Source: an uncultured delta proteobacterium
GTDB taxonomy: Bacteria; Myxococcota; Kuafuiibacteriia; Kuafuiibacteriales; Kuafuiibacteriaceae
Assembly: GCA_963803435.1 (NCBI GenBank)
Contig: CAWDML010000001.1
Location: 928,001-992,000 of the forward strand
Direction of reading: 5' to 3'
DNA length: 64,000 bases
The notes below the pieces were generated by a model that was not told where the DNA came from, ran no database searches, and was given only the letters and a program-made list of their open reading frames with translations. Numbering within the stretch: the first letter of the stretch is position 1; each line of letters opens with the position of its first letter. Positions 59,852 to 64,000 of the stretch are shown piece by piece. Both the position numbers and the translations under genes were made by a program.

Positions 59852-60610
59852 TCACACCTGGAAGAACGCCTGCATCCCGGTCCGACACGTGAGCCAATCC
59901 ACGAAGACCAACGCGTGATCTCGTTGCAGCTCGGCGAGGAGTTTCAAGGCTTCGTCTTCGAGCGGTCCCTCCACGAGCAAGCCGAGCGTGCGCACGTCAC
60001 CGGCATGCTCGAGTCCGTAGAGCCAGGCAGTCGCGCCCATCTCGACGACAAATCCTCCGCGGATCCGCCGTGTCGCGCCCCGGAAGCTCAACCCGCGCCC
60101 GTCGGCGCCGAGCGCCTCGACCGTCAAGGTGTTCGGCGCGATCGGGAGCGGCAGCCTCGTCCGTACGTGGATGTTCTTGAATCCCGCGGCGACCCGCTCG
60201 TTGAGGTGGATCTGGCCGATCGCGTCGAGCTCTTCATCTATGACCGCCTCATGGATCAGCGAGATGAGCTCCATCTGCCGCCAGTCGTCCTCGTGAAGGA
60301 CGAGCTCGGCGCCGTCGGCGGGGTCACCGTCGGTCGGAGGAATCGCATTCTCGATGGTCGCGAGCGAAAACAGGACCTTCTGGGGATCGACGTGCTCCAC
60401 CTTTCGGACCCTGAGCAAGAGCTTTCCTGTCAACGTGAACTCCGCACGGGTCAGAGGCATCGCCGACTCGACGTGCCAGTCGAGCTCGCCCAGATGGAGC
60501 GTGGTCGCGACGGCGAAGGTCTCCGGGAGCTGGAGTGCGGGCACCTGCGCCCGGGCGAACACCTCCTCGGTGGCGCCATCGATGAAGGTGACCTCGATGT
60601 CGGAGCTCAC
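59852..60610 (-). CDS. Hypothetical protein
   Basis: 252-aa globular ORF (LHEDDWRQMEL); start uncertain. Confidence 0.65.
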   Translation of the reverse strand: MSSDIEVTFIDGATEEVFARAQVPALQLPETFAVATTLHLGELDWHVESAMPLTRAEFTLTGKLLLRVRKVEHVDPQKVLFSLATIENAIPPTDGDPADGAELVLHEDDWRQMELISLIHEAVIDEELDAIGQIHLNERVAAGFKNIHVRTRLPLPIAPNTLTVEALGADGRGLSFRGATRRIRGGFVVEMGATAWLYGLEHAGDVRTLGLLVEGPLEDEALKLLAELQRDHALVFVDWLTCRTGMQAFFQV

Positions 60611-60783
60611 GTCGCCACGAAATCATGGGTCGAGGGGAGAGTCACCCGACCTTCGCAATCCGGTAGGGTGTCGCGCCCACCAGATTCGGACCACCGCGGA
60701 TGCTCGCGTAGACGCGAAGCGTGAGCTGTCAGGAGAGCCACGGTCGGGTCGAGCTCGGATTGCTCAGCCGCCGACCTCCGCGG

Positions 60784-61233
60784 TCAACCTCCGGGTGAAG
60801 AAGCGACAGCTCGGTCTGGCCCAGCTCCTGGAGCTTCGTCGATCTGCGCGTTCCCCGCCCCTGTCCCTGAAGCGCCGACAACCGCCCCGCTCAGATGCCG
60901 CTTGGCGAGGACCTCCTCTCGGTTCCCTGCGAAGTAGTTCGCGCAGCCCTGGCAGCAGAAGTACACCGGCTTGCCGTCGACCTTCTGTCGCGGGCTGGAC
61001 TCGGTGACTTGAAAGACCACGCCGCTCACCAAGCAGTAGGTCTTCTGACCGACGTCGACGCCGGGCTGCTCGAACACGTCGGCCGACCGGCCGACCGCGC
61101 GCGCGCCTCAACCGCGTTCGCAGCCGGTGAAGGCGGGATCGATCGGTTGCCACGGTTCGAGCCGATCGCCTGGCTCGCGGCAGCCGGATGCCAAGAGGAG
61201 AACGAGCGGGAGTGAGCCGATGAAGCGTCGCAT
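60784..61233 (-). CDS. Putative selenocysteine-containing YHS-domain lipoprotein (U42)
   Basis: ATG 61233 overlaps the upstream stop (TGATG); lipobox LASGC; in-frame TGA at 61108-61110; continues in frame to CLVSG...VYFCCQGC. Confidence 0.72.
61078..61095 (-). promoter_or_regulatory. Bacterial SECIS-like hairpin
   Basis: GUCGGCC-GGUC-GGCCGAC; the loop begins 20 nt after the UGA. Confidence 0.65.
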
Positions 61234-61922
61234 CAAACCTCCGATGGGACCGCGCACGTGCTCGACGCGCGGCGGGGCCAGGTGTTCCAGACCGATGCCG
61301 CCAGTAGTGAGGCGACACCGAAATACATGACGGCGTCGCTGTGAGCGCCGAACTTTCCGATCAGCACGAGAGCAGCGCTCCCGCTCCCGAGCAGCAGCGG
61401 GCCGTAACCTCGGCGCGTCTTTGCGCGATACCCCAGCGCGCCCAGCGCGAGCAGCAGAAAGCCGGCGATCAGCGGCAGCAGGTACGCGGCCTCGAGGAGA
61501 AAGCCGAGGCCCATGGATCCCGCCAGACCTGCGTACGCGGGCCAGCACGCGGGGCAGGCGACGTTCGGGAGGAGCGAGCTCCCCACCGCAGGAAGCGTGG
61601 CGAGCCACATCCTCGAGCGCCGCGGTCGTAACAATGCAGCCGCGATCGCCTGTGCGGAAGGCGCCGGGCGCGTCGCGGTCCCGTCGCGATAGATCCGGCA
61701 CGATGCGCCTGCCGGTGCTTCACCCGGCTCGCTGACGTCGAGACCGTCGACGAGGATGGTCGGCGATCCCAGACCGCGCACCCGGGCAGGCGCCCTCGGA
61801 TCGAGGACGTTCCACTCCTTCCAGCGCGCGCGACGCTTCAGCTGGGCGAAGGCCCGAGAGAGCTCGGCTCGGGCCTCACCGATGTTGGGACAGCTCGGTT
61901 CGTAGACCAGCTCGACCTTCAT
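61233..61922 (-). CDS. Thioredoxin-like (CP...GSPTILVDG...CRIY) domain fused to a MerC-like Hg transporter
   Basis: N-terminal YEPSCPN, GSPTILVDG and SCRIY motifs; C-terminal CPACWP followed by about 4 TM helices. Confidence 0.8.
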   Translation of the reverse strand: MKVELVYEPSCPNIGEARAELSRAFAQLKRRARWKEWNVLDPRAPARVRGLGSPTILVDGLDVSEPGEAPAGASCRIYRDGTATRPAPSAQAIAAALLRPRRSRMWLATLPAVGSSLLPNVACPACWPAYAGLAGSMGLGFLLEAAYLLPLIAGFLLLALGALGYRAKTRRGYGPLLLGSGSAALVLIGKFGAHSDAVMYFGVASLLAASVWNTWPRRASSTCAVPSEV

Positions 61923-61923
61923 C

Positions 61924-62343
61924 TCAGGCCCCCCGATCCAGCTCTTCGAGGATCGGACACTCGCTCGTGGGACCTCGACCGCGGCACTTGTTGGCGAGCC
62001 CCTCGAGCGCCGTCTTCATCTCTTCCAGGCTGGCGATCCGCTGCTCGATGTCGCGGATCTTGGCACGCGCCTGCTCACGCACGTCGCCGCATCCGGAGTT
62101 GGGATCGACGCGCAGCTCGAGCAGCTCCTGGATCTCTTTCAGCGTGAAGCCGAGGTCCTTCGCGCGCCGGATGAACTGCACCCGGCGGACGGCGTCCGTC
62201 GAATACTGGCGGTAGCCCGACGCGCGGCGCGCCGGCTCTGCGATCAGGCCTTCGCGCTCGTAGAACCGGATCGTCTCCACGCCCACACCGGCACGCCGGG
62301 CGAGCTGCCCGATGGTGAGCGCGTGCTGCGCTTCCCCGCTCAT
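61924..62343 (-). CDS. merR: Hg(II)-type MerR regulator
   Basis: TIGQLARRAGVGVETIRFYE; three Cys in MerR spacing (SGCGDV, KC-x8-CP). Confidence 0.8.
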   Translation of the reverse strand: MSGEAQHALTIGQLARRAGVGVETIRFYEREGLIAEPARRASGYRQYSTDAVRRVQFIRRAKDLGFTLKEIQELLELRVDPNSGCGDVREQARAKIRDIEQRIASLEEMKTALEGLANKCRGRGPTSECPILEELDRGA

Positions 62344-62350
62344 CGTCCGC

Positions 62351-62382
62351 AGTTTCCACCCCGTACCCAGGTACGGAGTCAA
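62351..62382 (-). promoter_or_regulatory. mer operator/promoter
   Basis: TTGACT-CCGTAC-CTGG-GTACGG with an extended spacer, matching the Tn21/Tn501 merOP (TTGACTCCGTACATGAGTACGG). Confidence 0.88.
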
Positions 62383-62632
62383 CCGTCCATCGTCGGTGTC
62401 TCGCTGACCCCCGCGATCGCGCGGTTCCGTCGTGCGAACCGCGGCCTACCTCCGGACCCGAGAGCGGCCGGCCCGCAGCTCGCCGACTTGATCGCGGCCC
62501 AGATCGGACAGCACCCAGTGGTTGGACGGGTTCCACAACAGGAGGATCCTCGGACCGCTGGGCAACGTCGCGTGGCCCATCGTCCACGGCGTGCGAGACG
62601 CAACTGCGCGTCCCCGCGGTCGATACCACCTC

Positions 62633-64000
62633 ATGGTCGCGCGCACCTCCGGCCTCTCCTGGGGCGCCGCGACTCCACGCCCGCTCGGGGCCACGGAGAC
62701 CGATGCTCGCCGATCGGCCGCGCGCCTCCTCGAGCCGGCGCCACCGCCTCGAACGGATCCCGCGGACCGGCCGACCGCGCCGACCCGGATCGTGGGCGCG
62801 CTCCGTCCTTGGGAGGTCCGTACCGAGAACGCGGCGGTGCTCGATCGCCACCAGAGCGCGCTGGCTTCGATGATGGAGGTGCGCGCGTCGTCCAGCTCGC
62901 CGGCGTCGCCGACCGCGCTGTACCTGTCGTTCGAGCCGGGCGGCGATCTGTTCACCAACGAGCCGGGGCTGAGCGAGCTGGTGCGCGGGCTGGGCGTGTC
63001 GGGCGGCGCCACCGTCGGCGCGTCGGGCGGCGTCCTCGACGTGGGTTCGCTCGCCGGCGCGGAGCTGATCGTCTGCGTCGACGCGTCCGCTGCGGTGGTC
63101 GATCAGGTGGTCGTCACCGCCGCCATCCTGCTCGCGGTCGACCGGATGGTGGTCGAGCAGGACCTCGATGACGACCGCCGCGTCGAGGAGGTGAGGCGGC
63201 GGCTCGGCGGCGTCGACGAGGCCACCATCGCCTCCACGATCCGCGAGCTGGGGGCGCTCGGGCTTCCGACCGACGATCCGCTGTTCGATCTGCGCAGGAC
63301 GTTGGCAGGGGTGGCGTCGGAGTTTCGCGCCTCGAAGAAGGAGTCGTGGTCCAACGCGCCCGATCGCGCCGCGCGCACGCGTCACCTCACCGAGCTGGCG
63401 GCCGCCGGAAAGCTGCTGGCGTTCCGCGCCGATCTCGCGGAGCCCGACGTCGTCGATCGGATCAACGCGCTCCTCGATCGCCACCGGACCGAGGCTCGGA
63501 TGGTGCACCTCACCAACGTGCTCGACTACATCCCGCAGCTCGGCGCGGCGATGCGCGCGCTGGGCGCCCTCCGCATGACGCCCGACGCGATTCTGACCAC
63601 CTCGACCGCGCACCTGAGCGACGCGATCGCGGCCTCGAACGGCGCAGTACCGGAGCTGGGAACGCTCGCACGTCCGGCCGCCCACTCGGCGCTCGCCTGG
63701 CTGGGCCCCGAGGGACACGGCCAGACGCTCGCCCGGATCGCGTGGAGCGACCCGGCGCACCGGGCGAAGCTGTGGAAGTTCGTGCAGGGGCTGTTTCATC
63801 CGGTGGCGCGTGCCGAGGTCCCGAACAGCGAGGCGGAGCTCTCGGAGGCGCTCGCCGAGGCCGGCGAGCGGCTCTTCGGCGATCCGGAGGTGGCGCGGGC
63901 CCGCCTCGAGGAGCTCATGGAGCGGAGCGGGATGCTCTCGGGGATGCGCACCGTCGAGCCCGAGCTTCCGCCGCTCCCGGCCCCGGCGTGCCTCCAGGAT
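62633..64000 (+). CDS. Hypothetical protein, possibly SAM-methyltransferase-like; runs off the window edge
   Basis: Not in the ORF track. Open frame from ATG 62633: FTNE...GGATVG...AFRADL...VHLTNVLDY. Confidence 0.6.
   Translation, partial: MVARTSGLSWGAATPRPLGATETDARRSAARLLEPAPPPRTDPADRPTAPTRIVGALRPWEVRTENAAVLDRHQSALASMMEVRASSSSPASPTALYLSFEPGGDLFTNEPGLSELVRGLGVSGGATVGASGGVLDVGSLAGAELIVCVDASAAVVDQVVVTAAILLAVDRMVVEQDLDDDRRVEEVRRRLGGVDEATIASTIRELGALGLPTDDPLFDLRRTLAGVASEFRASKKESWSNAPDRAARTRHLTELAAAGKLLAFRADLAEPDVVDRINALLDRHRTEARMVHLTNVLDYIPQLGAAMRALGALRMTPDAILTTSTAHLSDAIAASNGAVPELGTLARPAAHSALAWLGPEGHGQTLARIAWSDPAHRAKLWKFVQGLFHPVARAEVPNSEAELSEALAEAGERLFGDPEVARARLEELMERSGMLSGMRTVEPELPPLPAPACLQD

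Noticed and set aside
1-64000. rRNA or tRNA genes, including selC
   Set aside because: None were recognised in the window; the Sec machinery would have to be encoded elsewhere.

Overview
GC-rich (about 68-70%) bacterial window whose gene content looks myxobacterial (Myxococcota-like): four Ser/Thr kinases, an FHA-sigma54 activator, MYXO-CTERM-like and PEGA/TPR proteins. This taxonomic call is an inference. From left to right the window holds: (1) a minus-strand type II FAS/PKS-like operon (KS, Cys-less KS/CLF, FabG, FabV, ACP, luciferase-like monooxygenase, ALDH-TPR, FabZ, SDR, ABC1 kinase); (2) a divergent arylsulfatase/FGE pair; (3) a cluster of tiny paralogous pilin-like proteins with sigma54-like promoters, next to a GDPH (DUF1521/MIIA) autocleavage protein; (4) ThrE, porin and GH15 genes; (5) several orphan effector-like proteins, including a caleosin-like protein and a degenerate-MIIA/glycine-zipper protein; (6) HEAT/HD-GYP/kinase signalling genes; (7) an IS1182-family element carrying a four-helix-bundle gene, plus a truncated second copy; (8) a MerR-controlled operon with no merA. 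The best lead is the last gene of that mer-like operon. It reads through an in-frame TGA (C-x-x-x-U) that is followed by a SECIS-like hairpin, so it is probably a selenocysteine-containing YHS lipoprotein. Many single-base frameshifts suggest assembly indel errors, so pseudogene calls are uncertain. All family assignments come from motif recognition by eye; no database searches were run.
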